Origin: Phycisphaerae bacterium
GTDB lineage: Bacteria; Planctomycetota; Phycisphaerae; UBA1845
Direction of reading: 5' to 3'
Assembly (NCBI GenBank): GCA_963666835.2
Contig: CAXXGO010000001.1
Coordinates: 576,001 to 640,000, forward strand
Length of the DNA: 64,000 nucleotides
Each line of letters starts with the position of its first letter. Positions within the stretch are counted from its first letter, which is position 1. This document shows positions 49,876 through 61,800 of the stretch, one piece after another. The notes beneath the pieces are model-generated. The model saw nothing but the letters and a program-made list of their open reading frames with translations, did no database searches and was not told the DNA's origin. A program made the position numbers and the translations under genes.

Positions 49876-50589
49876 TTGCTGGAATACCGGTATCGGGTCA
49901 AGGCGAGGAATGATGCCGGCGAGAGTTCCTACAGCAGCGCGAGCAGTGGTGAACGAGCCGAAAGCGTTGACACACCGAATGCTCCGATTAGTGTAAGCGC
50001 CTCGGACGGAACGTATGCGGACAAGGTCCGTGTCACCTGGGGGAGTGTTCAAGCGGCTGATGAGTATCGTGTCTATCGCTGCACAAACTCCAGCAGTACC
50101 TCGTCCTGCTCGGGCCAGAGCGCGTGGCAGAGCGCGAGAATATACGATGACACCTCTGTTGTGCCTGGGACGACCTATTGGTATCGTGTGAAGGCGAGGA
50201 ACGACGACGGGGAGAGCCCATACAGCGACGCGAACAGTAGCTTCCGCGCGGAATGCAGCACTACCAGCGACTGTAGCATCAGCTTACGATGCTTGAGCGG
50301 GCGGTGCATAACACAGATAGGATCTGGCGACCCAGATAATGATGGCCTGTTGTTCGACGAAGACAACTGCCTGGATGATTGGAATCCCGGCCAAGATGAC
50401 ACCGATGGAGATGGGATAGGCGATGCATGCGACGCGTGTCGTAATTCGAGTGGCAGTTGCGCCAACGGCTGCCCGCCGACGCCTTCCATTTGTGGCAACG
50501 GTGCCTGCGCGGGTATGCTAGTGGCTCTATTCGGGTGGTTCGGCTTACGCTTTGTCGGGGGCAGGCGACGAACGTGTTGCAAGGGGTGA
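49876..50589 (+). pseudogene. C-terminal fragment of a surface protein: FN3 repeats, thrombospondin type-3 repeat, TM anchor
   Basis: YRVKARN..GES.YS twice, DNC....NPGQDDTDGDGIGDACD, CG.G-TM-RRR; no N-terminus. Confidence 0.72.
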
Positions 50590-50929
50590 GAATGACTGTC
50601 GTTCGGGAGAATCCCATCCGGATGGGATCGGACACGCCGAGTGGGGTGCATGAGGGCGATCGCACGCGGGGCCAGGATAGCCGGCCCGTTGAGAGCGGTT
50701 CCGATGAGTGTTTAGGGGCGTTTCGGGCTTGTCCCAGGCTGGTCGTGGCAGTGTACCTGCGTCTATAATGGACCGAGGTTTGCATCCGGGCGCGTTTTCC
50801 CGGTGGCTGGGAGGCATGGGCTCCGCGGTATAGTGGGACTGCTGGCTCTGGTTGACGTCGTTGGGCCGACGGCAATCGTCCGTCTTATGAAAGGTGAGGC
50901 GGTTCAGTGACGCTCGGCGTGGGATGCGG

Positions 50930-53539
50930 CTACCCGCCTTCCGAAGCGGCAGTCTCCAGTGCGTGAATCCTGCTCCGGATATCATCGACGACCGGCAGGC
51001 CCTCCAGCCCGGGGAGCAGTAGGCTCTGCTGATAGGTTGCGATCGCAAGTTGTGGCTCGCCGTTAGCCGCGTATAGGTCTCCAAGTTGCCATAGGATTGC
51101 CGGGTGCTGGTAGTTCGTTCTCTCGGCCGCCAGTTTGCACAGCCGCACGGCCTCGGCCGTGTCGCGCAGATCCTCCGGATAGACTTCGTTCAACAGGCGG
51201 GCGCAAGTGCGCAGCAACCCGATCGTCGCCGGACCGCTCTCCATCAGCTCTTCGGCCAGCGTGAGGGCTCGTAGGCTGAGGGCACGGGCCTCGGTTTCGT
51301 CTCCCCGTTGCGCCGCACGTCGCGCGAGAACTCCCAAGCCTACCAGGATCCGCTCCCGGGTCTCCACGCGATCGGGTTCGAATTCGGCCAACTGCTCGAG
51401 AATTCGCTGCGTGGCGCGAATGTGCTCGTCACACGCGTCCGCGTTCCTCATGTCCGAATTGATCGCGGTCATGGCACCGTGGTACTGCAACAACAGCCGC
51501 AGGCTATCGGCGTCATTCGGGGCAAGCTCAACCAGCGGGCGGAACAACGCCTCCGCTCTGGCGCAGTTGTCCAGCGCCTCCTGCGCGCATCCCGTAAGGG
51601 AGAGCGGACGTGCCGTAGCCAGGCAGGCCCGAGCCAGGGACTTCCGGGCTTCAACATCGCCCGGATTCTCCTTAAACACTTGCTCGGTCATTGCGAGTGT
51701 TTCGCGAATACTCTCCGCGGCCATGGGCCAGTCTTCGATCTCGACGGCTATATCGGCCCGGTGCGCATGAGCTCTGCGTATCGCTTTCCGAATCCCGCTT
51801 CTCCCCGGTTCCAGGTCCAGTAGCGCGCGGGCCGACTCGAGTTGAAGATTGAAATGCGCCATTGCCGGACCAATCCGCCCTTCCTTCAGAACGAAAGCCC
51901 CCATACGCTCGTGGCTCCATACCAGATTATCGAGGTAGTACGGGTTGGCCGGGAACTCCTCGACTAACGCTTCGTCGATAGCCAGTGCTTCGGCGTAATA
52001 CTCGCGAGTTACGTCGACGTCACCCAATTCCTTAGCAACGTCGCCAACCCGGACCATCGCGAGCGAAAGAGCAGCCTGACGATCGGGCACTTCCAGAGCT
52101 GCGGACGCCAAGGCCCGGCGAATCTCCAGCGCTTCAGAGAAGCGCTCGAACGCCTGCCGGTGGCGCCCGAGTGCCTGATCGATTCCCCCAAGATCCCGAA
52201 GCGTACAAGCGTAATCGGCCTGCAAGGCCGGGTCATCCGCGCGTTGCTCAAGGAGCTTCTGGAGATTCTCATATGCATTCTCGAGGATGATCCTGCGAGC
52301 CTCCTCCGCCCCGTCGATCCGCTTGAGTCGCTGAGCGACATCACCCACAAGAACCTCGATGGTCTTCTGGGAATCACGTTTCGCATTATGTGCTTCCGTC
52401 GCGCTGCGGTCCGCCTCCAACTCCGCCGTGACCGCCCGGCCGTACATCGCCGTTATCGTGACTGCGTAGACCAGCGTAGCCGCCACGGCCAGGCATAGCG
52501 CGATTGCGGCTTTTCGATGCCGACGCACGGTTTTGGCGAGCACATACCACGTACTCTCGCGCCTGGCCTCGATTGGCTCGCCGGCCATGAACCGTTGTAT
52601 GTCGGCCATCAGGTCGGTCACGTGCTGGTACCGATCATCGCGGTCCTTGGCGAGGCACTTTTGCGTTACGATGTTCAGGTCGTCGTCAAGACCACGCCGA
52701 GCGGCACCGGGTTGCGGCGGCTCGGACTCTATAATGTTCCGCAGCGCCGTATGCGCCGGCGTCGTCGGATCAAACGGCAGTCTCCCAGTGAGCAGGAAGA
52801 ACAGGATCAACCCCAACGCATGAACGTCCGTGCGGATGTCGATCTCGTCCGGCAAACCTCGGGCCTGCTCCGGACTCGCCCAGTGCAATGAACCGAGAAA
52901 CTGCCCGGTTATCGTGGCTCTGTCCCCTCCGGCGTCATCATCGGCCGAAATGAGCTTCGCCAGTCCGAAGTCGAGGATGTGCGGGTCGCCGTGACCGTCG
53001 ACCAGGATGTTAGCGGGTTTGAGGTCGCGATGGATGATACCGCGGACATGAGCGGCGTTGACGCCCGCACAGATCTTCATGAACAACTGCAGCGCGTCCC
53101 GGACGGTGAGATTGCGGCTCCGGATGTAGACGTCGAGCGGCCGGCCCTCGATGAAGTCCATCACCAGGTAGGGCAGTTCGTCCACCGTTCCGCCGTCGTA
53201 TAGCGTAACGATGTGGGGATGCTTGAGTTTCCCCAGGACATCCAGCTCTCGCCGGAAGCGCAGGCGTTCCACCGCATCGCAGAACCGCCCGGTTCGAAGC
53301 ACTTTGATTGCCACGGTCCGCTCGGTCGAGGCCTGCACGGCCTTGTACACGACGCCCTGCCCGCCCCGGTGAATCAGCTCCGTCAGGGTGTAGCCGGGGA
53401 ACGTATCGGAGGGGACCGCGGGCACCTCGCGGGGCGGTGATACCAGCTCTGCGAGGGCGACCTGGCGGCGGGCGTACTCTATGGGTGACCGCGGCGCGGC
53501 GTCCACGGAAATGTCCTGCTCTGTTCCATCTTGAGGCAT
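50930..53539 (-). CDS. Ser/Thr protein kinase with TM and TPR repeats
   Basis: GGQGVVY, VAIK, HRDLKPAN, DFGLAK, SPEQ. Confidence 0.95.
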   Translation of the reverse strand: MPQDGTEQDISVDAAPRSPIEYARRQVALAELVSPPREVPAVPSDTFPGYTLTELIHRGGQGVVYKAVQASTERTVAIKVLRTGRFCDAVERLRFRRELDVLGKLKHPHIVTLYDGGTVDELPYLVMDFIEGRPLDVYIRSRNLTVRDALQLFMKICAGVNAAHVRGIIHRDLKPANILVDGHGDPHILDFGLAKLISADDDAGGDRATITGQFLGSLHWASPEQARGLPDEIDIRTDVHALGLILFFLLTGRLPFDPTTPAHTALRNIIESEPPQPGAARRGLDDDLNIVTQKCLAKDRDDRYQHVTDLMADIQRFMAGEPIEARRESTWYVLAKTVRRHRKAAIALCLAVAATLVYAVTITAMYGRAVTAELEADRSATEAHNAKRDSQKTIEVLVGDVAQRLKRIDGAEEARRIILENAYENLQKLLEQRADDPALQADYACTLRDLGGIDQALGRHRQAFERFSEALEIRRALASAALEVPDRQAALSLAMVRVGDVAKELGDVDVTREYYAEALAIDEALVEEFPANPYYLDNLVWSHERMGAFVLKEGRIGPAMAHFNLQLESARALLDLEPGRSGIRKAIRRAHAHRADIAVEIEDWPMAAESIRETLAMTEQVFKENPGDVEARKSLARACLATARPLSLTGCAQEALDNCARAEALFRPLVELAPNDADSLRLLLQYHGAMTAINSDMRNADACDEHIRATQRILEQLAEFEPDRVETRERILVGLGVLARRAAQRGDETEARALSLRALTLAEELMESGPATIGLLRTCARLLNEVYPEDLRDTAEAVRLCKLAAERTNYQHPAILWQLGDLYAANGEPQLAIATYQQSLLLPGLEGLPVVDDIRSRIHALETAASEGG

Positions 53540-53585
53540 GGTCCGGGTACCTCAACAGTCACCAAGCGACAGGGCGGTTAGCGGT

Positions 53586-54245
53586 TCACGTGCCCTTAGA
53601 GAAGAAGTTTGTGCTCCCGCCGAGTAGCTCGGCCAGGCGGTCATGGGCTCGGGCTTTCAGCATGTGGATAGCGCCCCGAGAACGCTCCATCTGATCGGCA
53701 ACGTTGTCGGCCGGGCGCCCTTCCAGATCGCACAGGCGAATCACCTTCTCGTAGTCGGGGGGGAGCTTGCGTAACGCCTTCTCGATCAGATCACTCGCTT
53801 CGCTTCGCGCGGCGCCGCTGGTAGGAGAGGTGCCGTGCCCCGGCAATGAGGCCAACAAGGTGACGTACGACTCGTCGGTCACTGCGTCGCCGACGCGACG
53901 GGCCGGTGACGGACGCTTCTGCCGGTTGAGCGTCTTGATGGCGTCTGCGATGTTGTTCGCGGCGATCCGGCGCAGCCAGGCCTTGAAGGAACCCGACCCG
54001 CGCGGCTCGAACTGCCCAATACGCAGGTAGGCCTCGACATAGGTTACCTGAAGCACGTCCTCAGCATCCAGAATCGACCGATACCGAACACCAATCCGCC
54101 CGCGGAGCCATCCCCGCAGATCCGGGTCATGATGGTGAAGAAGCTGGGTGAGCGCCTCCACATCACCCGACACCGCCGCGGTAGTGAGTTCGTCCTGGGA
54201 AACCAGCATGATGGGGTCCCCGACCGCTGTATTCCGTTCCGCCAC
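53586..54245 (-). CDS. ECF sigma-70 factor (kinase-associated)
   Basis: DAEDVLQ, F.AWL.RIA.N, L..LP..Y..VI.L, RS.GAI..L..RA. Confidence 0.9.
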   Translation of the reverse strand: MAERNTAVGDPIMLVSQDELTTAAVSGDVEALTQLLHHHDPDLRGWLRGRIGVRYRSILDAEDVLQVTYVEAYLRIGQFEPRGSGSFKAWLRRIAANNIADAIKTLNRQKRPSPARRVGDAVTDESYVTLLASLPGHGTSPTSGAARSEASDLIEKALRKLPPDYEKVIRLCDLEGRPADNVADQMERSRGAIHMLKARAHDRLAELLGGSTNFFSKGT

Positions 54246-54465
54246 GTCGACGCTGCGCCATTATAGCAGGGAACTCCGAAAAAAGCTCGGATCAAGGCGT
54301 TAATGGCGGTTCCGGCCGTCGCTTGGACATACATAAGGATGCAGGCCGCGACTTCACGACGGCTTTCCGGTGATATCTTTGATGTATGCGTGAGTCGCCA
54401 AGATCACGGCCGCTTGCATTGGAGCTGTGGGCGGGCCGCGCGGTAACATAGGGAAGGAGCAAGTC

Positions 54466-56835
54466 ATGAGGGTCAATCCAGCAACGTTAACGGCACTTAC
54501 CGTCATTCTGAGCCTGCTCTTCTTTTCCAGCGTTGGGTTCGCAGCGAATACGGGCAGCGCTCGTTCGGGCGACAGCTTTCATTGGATCAGCCCCATAGGT
54601 GGTGCCTTCGCAGCGCCGGCAAACTGGGAGGAAGGCACTCCACCCCAATGGGATGATACGGCTATCTTCGATCTGGCCAGCGTTCCCGGGTACACAGTGA
54701 ACTTCTACTCCGCCATTGACAACGATCGCCTGCTTATCCTCACGGACCGCATCACTTTCGACCTTGGCAATGCTACGTACAACCTCCTGCGTGAAAGTGA
54801 TGATCCCGACGGCCTGGCGGTCACGGTGGGTACCTCAACGGGCGAGGTCGCTCAACTGCACGTGACCAACGGGACATTGCACTCCGTGGGGTGGATCTAC
54901 GTTGGCTATCTGGGGGGTGAGGGGAGCCTCGACATTCACGATGGAGGACACGTCACAACCGATAGATTCTGTGATATCGGCAGTTGGGATGGCAGTTCCG
55001 TCGGTCGCGTATCTGTTGCCGGCACGGATGCGACCTTCGACCTCACGGAATACCTGCAAGTTGGCTACGAAGGCGACGGCACGTTGGAAATAACCGCTGG
55101 TGGACAAGTTACCAATACACGCACTGACATCGGCAATCAACCCGATTCCCAGGGAAGTGTTACCGTATCCGATTCCGGTTCCAACTGGAGCAGCTCAGCC
55201 CATGTCATCGTCGGTAGGTACGGACAAGGCTCACTGTCTGTCGATGACGGCGCCACGGCATCATGCACGTTCTCTCACGTTGGCGAAGCCATTAGCGGCG
55301 TTGGCGACGTTCTAGTTTCGGGCGACGGATCGGCGTGGCTGTTGTCGGGACGCCTGAATGTCGGCTTGGATGGGAACGGCACACTACACATCGCAGACGG
55401 TGCCACCGTTGAGAGCGATTACGGCATTGTTGGTGATCATCCCGGGGCTGTTGGAGATGTCGTAGTGACCGGTGTCGGGTCACTCTGGAGCGCAGCCACG
55501 ACGCTTCGCATCGGTCCCGGAGGATCCGGAACGCTGACAGTTGCCAACGGTGCCGCGGTCGAGGTTGGCGACTGGCTGTGGGTCGGTACAGGCGATGACA
55601 CTTTGGACGTATCCGGAGCCGGGTACGTAACGGTTGGTTCCGGAACAGAGACGCCGGAGAGTAGCGCAGTACTTGTCCGCCCTGACGGCTACCTGTACGG
55701 CGGCGGCGGAGCCGTCGTTGGCGATATAGACAACCACGGAACCGTGGTTGCATTGCGCGGATCAGGCGTATTCTCGAACAGCGGATCCTACACACAGGAC
55801 GGTGCCGCGGCCTACGGCGTAGAGATCGGAGGTCGAGAGGTTGGGATCGATTATGGTCAGCTTGCCATTGCGGGGACAAGCTGGCTCGACGGCACCCTGA
55901 TTGTTGCACTGGCGGACTACTTCGTTCCCGCGGACGACGACGTGTTTAACGTCATGACCTGTCCCTCGCGACTTGGAGTGTTCTCCAATATCCAGTGTGC
56001 GGGAGGCTACGACTGCGGCGTTTCATACACGGACACGGCCGTCACCGTGAGCATGGAATCCAACGGTCGCCCACTACATGACACGCAAGCCGGCTACATT
56101 GGCAACAGCGGCTTGTCTTCGCAGCAAGGGCTTGGGCTGCACCGACGTGTCTATCAACCAATGCCGATCAATCCCCAAGAGTGTTCAATCTCGCAGCTTG
56201 CCGTGATCCTATCGGCCACGATCATGGAAGAGGGCGAGAGTCGACCGCTCACAAGAGAAGAGTATATCGGCCGGACTATCACCGTGGAGTTCCTTCTTGG
56301 TCATTACACGGAGGAGACCGGATTCGTCCCAGACGGCACCGTTCCGGAGATCCCGGACCGGGAGATCGTAATACAGGATCATATGCTCACCGACGCCTCT
56401 GAGGATCCGGAAACGTATAAGAGGCTCTTGCTCGGATTCACTGGGATCGCTGTGCCCGCAGGGAAGGAGCTTAACATCGGGGTTGTCGGTCAATTCGACC
56501 TGTCTCCCGATGAAGAACGTTTCGCCGTCCCTGAATCCACTTCGGTTCGCGTGGCCGCCGCAGGTCATCGTGCGGGGTACCCGAGTGCGTGGTTCGTTCT
56601 TCCGGATGATCCCGGGCAGCCGCACGGTCTGGTCTCAGGCCAGCCGGGTTTCAGCACCGGGACTCACGCCATGACCGTGACCATAACCGGAGAGGCGGGG
56701 TCAGTTCCGGCCGTTTCGACGTGGGGATTGCTTACGATGACGCTACTCATGCTGGTCGCGGGGACGCTGGTGTATAGGTGGGTGCCGTTTGGACAGAGTG
56801 CCTGGGCCACTCTTCAGGCGAAAACCGTGGATTAG
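54466..56835 (+). CDS. Secreted protein with autotransporter-passenger-like repeats and IPTL-CTERM-like sorting signal
   Basis: Signal peptide, repeated VG..G.G.L.I..G / G.V.V.G.GS.W units, C-terminal VPAVSTWGLLTMTLLMLVAG. Confidence 0.82.
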   Translation: MRVNPATLTALTVILSLLFFSSVGFAANTGSARSGDSFHWISPIGGAFAAPANWEEGTPPQWDDTAIFDLASVPGYTVNFYSAIDNDRLLILTDRITFDLGNATYNLLRESDDPDGLAVTVGTSTGEVAQLHVTNGTLHSVGWIYVGYLGGEGSLDIHDGGHVTTDRFCDIGSWDGSSVGRVSVAGTDATFDLTEYLQVGYEGDGTLEITAGGQVTNTRTDIGNQPDSQGSVTVSDSGSNWSSSAHVIVGRYGQGSLSVDDGATASCTFSHVGEAISGVGDVLVSGDGSAWLLSGRLNVGLDGNGTLHIADGATVESDYGIVGDHPGAVGDVVVTGVGSLWSAATTLRIGPGGSGTLTVANGAAVEVGDWLWVGTGDDTLDVSGAGYVTVGSGTETPESSAVLVRPDGYLYGGGGAVVGDIDNHGTVVALRGSGVFSNSGSYTQDGAAAYGVEIGGREVGIDYGQLAIAGTSWLDGTLIVALADYFVPADDDVFNVMTCPSRLGVFSNIQCAGGYDCGVSYTDTAVTVSMESNGRPLHDTQAGYIGNSGLSSQQGLGLHRRVYQPMPINPQECSISQLAVILSATIMEEGESRPLTREEYIGRTITVEFLLGHYTEETGFVPDGTVPEIPDREIVIQDHMLTDASEDPETYKRLLLGFTGIAVPAGKELNIGVVGQFDLSPDEERFAVPESTSVRVAAAGHRAGYPSAWFVLPDDPGQPHGLVSGQPGFSTGTHAMTVTITGEAGSVPAVSTWGLLTMTLLMLVAGTLVYRWVPFGQSAWATLQAKTVD

Positions 56836-57303
56836 GAACCGGAGTCCCGCATCCATGAACCATAACAGCGCTCCACCAGCCGTGTCGAATACGTCCGGCG
56901 ATCACCGGGCTGAAAGGCGTCTGCGCCCGGAATCGGCTGGATTCCACGACGGGACACGTAGTCGAGACTCGTGCCCCTTCACACCAGGATGGGCTGGCGA
57001 CATCTTGGTGCAACCAAGCGGATCCGATCCCGCGGCGATCATTGCAGACGTTAGCGAGGATCTTACTCGGGGCTCTCTCTGGGTTCACATAGGTAACGGG
57101 TGTTTAGAGAACGCGGCTGTTCCAATACATGGTGGTATTGCAGCAGTGCGCCTGAGACGCCGTTGGGGTGCGATCCCTATTGATTGGCCGCCGCTCCAGG
57201 GAGGGGCACGAACCCCATCTTCCCTATTATGGCTACTAACCCACTATGGATGAAGAGCTTAAGAAACAGCGCGAAACGAAATGAACGACACTACAAATGT
57301 GGG

Positions 57304-57332
57304 TTGACAGTTTCGCCTTAGTTTGGTAGTAT
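57304..57332 (+). promoter_or_regulatory. Sigma70-type promoter candidate
   Basis: TTGACA-N17-TAGTAT with TG extension, in an AT-richer intergenic stretch. Confidence 0.5.
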
Positions 57333-57746
57333 AACTGCGATCATGATCTGGGCATTGTCGATTCTCTTGGTCAGTTCGACAACCGACCGGCGGTGGCATC
57401 TGCGTATGGCCCTCCGTCAGATTCGGTGTCGGCCAAATGGTCTGTGTTGAGCGCGTTTGGTTGTGGAACATCTGTGTTATGGAGTATTGCGGACCGCACT
57501 CGGTCTTGAGGGGTGCGGGCACACCGCATAGTAAAACAGGTCGCCCGGCGGCGTCTGGCGCTTCCGGCCTAACGACTGGGATTCTGAGTGTAGCGCACCT
57601 ATGCTCCGTTGTTGCCGTGCGTGGAGTAGCGGCAACCCGGGCGGGGTCTGCGCAAGAGTATCACGTGGGGCGACGTCGTCGGTGTCTGCAGCACCGCGAC
57701 AACGTCGGCAGAGCGGTCATATTGGCTACGTAAGGAGTGCGAGACG

Positions 57747-58853
57747 ATGAGGCTGATCAGTTGCGGAGTCCTTGTTCTTGTCGTGTCTGTCAATGCAGTG
57801 CCGTCGGCGCTGGGCGGGCCCGTGTCGAGGTCCAAGTTCACGTATCAGGGGCAACTCACGTTGGACGGGCAGAAAATCAACCAGCCGTGCGACTTCGAGT
57901 TCTGCCTGTTTGATGATCCGGTCGGCGGCAACGAGATTGGGTGTATTGAAGAGCCTGCCCTCCCGGTTGAGGACGGGGTCTTCACGGTCATGCTCGACTT
58001 TGGCATGGCCGCCATGCGGATAGACCCGCTCTGGTTGGAGATTAAGGCCGATTGTACTGGAGCAACCGATACTCTAAGGCCTCGCCAGCAGCTTACGGGA
58101 TCGCCGTTCGCCATCCGCGCGTTCGGCATGGTCCCGATCGGCTCGATTCAGGCTTGGCATAAGGACCTTTTCGACACTCCCGTTCTTCCGGACGGGTGGT
58201 TAGAGTGCAACGGACAGGAGGTGGACGATTCGGAAAGCCCGTTTCACGGAAAGACGCTGCCGAATTTGAACGGTGAAGCCCGGTTTCTGAGAGGCGGGGC
58301 GGACTCCGGCCTATTCGAATCCGATGCAATACGTTCCCACAACCATACCATAGACCATGACCACGGCGCTGTTGATACCGGAAACAACAACGTCGGGCAT
58401 ACGCACGCTATGGCGCATACCCATGCGATTGATCCGCCTAACACGGCGTCCGGTGCCAACAACAAGGATCATACGCATAGCCATAACCACGGGCCGGTGC
58501 AGACTAGTGGCGCTGGAAACGCGGCTTCTGTGCAGAATCTTCCCAATGTATATAACATGACTGCTGTTATGAACGGGTTTATAGGAAAGACATGGCAGTC
58601 TGCGGACGCACACAAGCATACGGTAGACCTACCGAACAAGGTCTCAAGTACGCAAAGCACTAATCACTCGCATAGTGTGAACATCGCCCCCTTTACCTCG
58701 GGGGCGAGTAGCGCCGGGAGTACCGGGGACGTAAGCGCCAACCACCATCATACCGTGGACCTGCCTAACTACACGGGCGTGTCCGGATCTTGCGGCGGTA
58801 CGGAGACGAGGCCGGTCAACATGTCTGTGGTGTGGATCATACGAGTCAAATAA
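57747..58853 (+). CDS. Secreted protein with phage tail-collar domain and His-x-His fibre repeats
   Basis: Signal peptide, FTYQGQL domain, PIGSIQAW...PDGWLECNGQ...LPNL..RFLRG, repeated HxH, ETRPVN...WIIRVK. Confidence 0.82.
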   Translation: MRLISCGVLVLVVSVNAVPSALGGPVSRSKFTYQGQLTLDGQKINQPCDFEFCLFDDPVGGNEIGCIEEPALPVEDGVFTVMLDFGMAAMRIDPLWLEIKADCTGATDTLRPRQQLTGSPFAIRAFGMVPIGSIQAWHKDLFDTPVLPDGWLECNGQEVDDSESPFHGKTLPNLNGEARFLRGGADSGLFESDAIRSHNHTIDHDHGAVDTGNNNVGHTHAMAHTHAIDPPNTASGANNKDHTHSHNHGPVQTSGAGNAASVQNLPNVYNMTAVMNGFIGKTWQSADAHKHTVDLPNKVSSTQSTNHSHSVNIAPFTSGASSAGSTGDVSANHHHTVDLPNYTGVSGSCGGTETRPVNMSVVWIIRVK

Positions 58854-58876
58854 CCGTCAAACTGCGTCAGAGGAGA

Positions 58877-61800
58877 ATGACGATGTTCGGAGACGCGCGA
58901 TTGTTATCGCTTGACCCGAGGGTCAGCGCGCTCATAGCGGGTGTTCTGCTTGCACCGAGCCTAGCCATAGGCGAACCGCGACTGCGTATCGAACGGCATA
59001 CGATTGCAGGCGGGGGCGGAACGAGTAGTGCGGCGGCTTTGCTCCTTCGTGGCACGATTGGCCAGTGGGACGCGGTCAGGGCGTCCAGCACGGGAGGAAG
59101 CCGCACGCTTGCTCTGACGGGCGGCTTCTGGCCGCGCGAGTGCCAGCCCGGAGAATGTAACGTCCCCAGGACCATCAGAGTCTCCTCGAGTGATCCGGGG
59201 TGGGCCTACGGCGGAAGTTCGGCACTCTCGGGGTCGCTGCCGACGCAGCTCGCCGCCCTCAACAGCGGCCCGCCGCCGTTTGACGAGTCGTCGTGGGTCG
59301 TAATCGATGAGAGTCCACCAGGCGTGCGCAAGAACTGGAACGGTGACGTCCTCAATGAGGGGTTCCGATGTTCCTGCGACGGGATTATCGATGAAGACAC
59401 CCTCGCGGAATGCGAGACATTCCTGCGCGAGCCATACGATCAGAGCTACGTCTCGGCGATCGAGTACATGTACGATGTCGACGAGGTCACGTACGACAAC
59501 TGCTCGTCGGCCTTCTATCGCTGGGTCTTCGACCTGCCTGAGGACCTCTTCCAAGTCGCGATTAGTGGCTGGGCCAACGTCGATGACCAAGGTGTGGTCT
59601 TCCTCAACGGCCATCGCCTGACCGGGGCGATGACTATTCCGGGGTTCAAGAACTGTGCACCGGATGCCCAATGCCATGATCTTAGGAGCTGCAAACCGTG
59701 TATAACCGGCATGGGTGATCCAGGATGCATGGCCTGCGATCCGGATCCGAACTGTAGTTTTCGCGACGCTTGTTATTCGTCTCAGGACTCGTGGCCTGGC
59801 GATCGAGAGGACGATGATCCGGTGGGCGCCCGTGGAACGTCTATTCTCACCTGGCCGGTGGCCGGCCGTTTCAGCACGTCAGAAAGGGCGCACTTTCGGC
59901 CCGGGCAGAACGAGCTCGTGTTTGCTGTGGCGGGTGACGCCCAATGGCTTGAGCCAACCGGACTGGAATTCAGCGCGGTTGTCTACTACGACCCTGATTG
60001 CAACCTTAACGACAGACTCGACTCATGGGACATCCGTGACGCGGTGTCACCCGACTACAACACGAACGGCATCCCGGATGAATGCGAAGGACAAGACTGT
60101 GATGGAGACGGAATCTCGGACAACGTAGAGATCGCAACGGCAGGCAGCCGTGATGACGACCTGAACTACATGCCCGATGAGTGTGAAATCCCAGGAGAGG
60201 AGAAGGGGCTCATCGGGACGTATTACGACGACGTAGATTCCACCGGCCTGGCCATGGCCCGAATCGATCCCTACGTAAACCACGCTTGGGGCTCCGAGGC
60301 ACCCTGGCCGACCTTCAGCCCCGAGTCGTTCAGTGTGCGCTGGGAGGGTACGGTTAAGACCACTGCTGAAAGGGGATCCTACACGTTCTACACCATGACG
60401 GATGGCGGCGAGAGCCTGTGGATCGACGGTCAACTTCTGATCGATGAGTCGGAGGATCAGTCGGCGATTGAGCATCAGCAAGCGATCCAACTTCGGGAAG
60501 ATACCGAATATAGCGTTGTCATGGAGTATTACTCGGTCTCGGACAATGCGTTCGCGCGTTTGTCTTGGCAGCCGCCGGGCCACGAAAAGGAGATCATCCC
60601 AGAGGATAACTTGCGCCCGTTCCCAGACTGCAATGGGGACGGCGTGACGAATCAGCTCGACATCGCACGGGGCCGCTCTCTCGACTGCAATGCGAACGGG
60701 CGTCCGGACGACTGCGATGTTGACTCGGAGTTCAAATCGGACTGCAATGGCAACGGAATGCCGGACGATTGTGAGGTCGAGGTGCGGAATGGGTTGATTG
60801 GGACTTACTTTGACGGTTACAACCATGGTACCGGAGAGTTCATTGGTGAACGGCGAGCCCGGCTGGATGAAACCGTCGATTGGGAGTGGGACGGAAGACC
60901 CTGGCCGGCCTTCGCTGCCGATGAGTTGGGCGTACAATGGGAGGGAAGGCTCCTCACCGGGGACAACGCCGGCTCTTATAACTTCTTCACTTTGGCGCAG
61001 GATGGTGTTTGGCTGACGGTTGGAGGGTTTCTTGTTATCGGCGAATGGGCCGACCACGCGGAAGTTACTGAGTATTCCGGCGCCATCTGGCTCGACGCTT
61101 ACACTGAGTACCTAATCAGCTTCGAGTACTACGACAGCGCAGGCCCCGCTACGGCGGTGCTTAGCTGGCAGCCTCCAGGAGAGACGAAGGTTGTTATTCC
61201 CTCGAGCCATCTTCTCACCGGCGGTGACTGCAATAATAACGGGCTTCCAGATAAGTGCGACATCGAAAGCGGCTATTCGCACGATTGCGACTTTAGCCTA
61301 ATTCCGGATGAATGTGAAAACGACTGTAACGATAATGGGTTTGAAGACTCGTGCGATGTTGCCGAGGGTACCAGCGAAGACTGCAACGCGAACGGTGTAC
61401 CCGATGAATGTGAGGGAGGCCTCGGTTATGCCGAGGACTGCAATAACAACGGGATTCCGGATGAATGTGAGATAGACCGTGTGCCGGACCCGGAAAACCC
61501 GGATGAGCCGGAACGGGACTGCAACACGAACCGATATCTCGATATGTGCGAGTTAGTTCCGCAAGAAGGTCTGATAGGTACCTACTACGATGCCATAAAC
61601 TTCGCGGGTAAGGCGCGCGGCCGAAACGACGCTTCTGTCGACTTCTATTGGGGAGATTCGGCTCCGTGGTATGGGTACGGTCCGGATACATTCAGTATTA
61701 AATGGGTTGGAGGACTGCGGAATCTGCCGGCATCGGGCACGTATACGTTCTATACGGAGACTGACGCCGGCGAACGTCTTTGGATCGACGGACAGTTGCT

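Noticed and set aside
57747..58853. Prophage or tailocin locus
   Set aside because: No capsid, terminase, sheath or baseplate genes, and the protein has a signal peptide.
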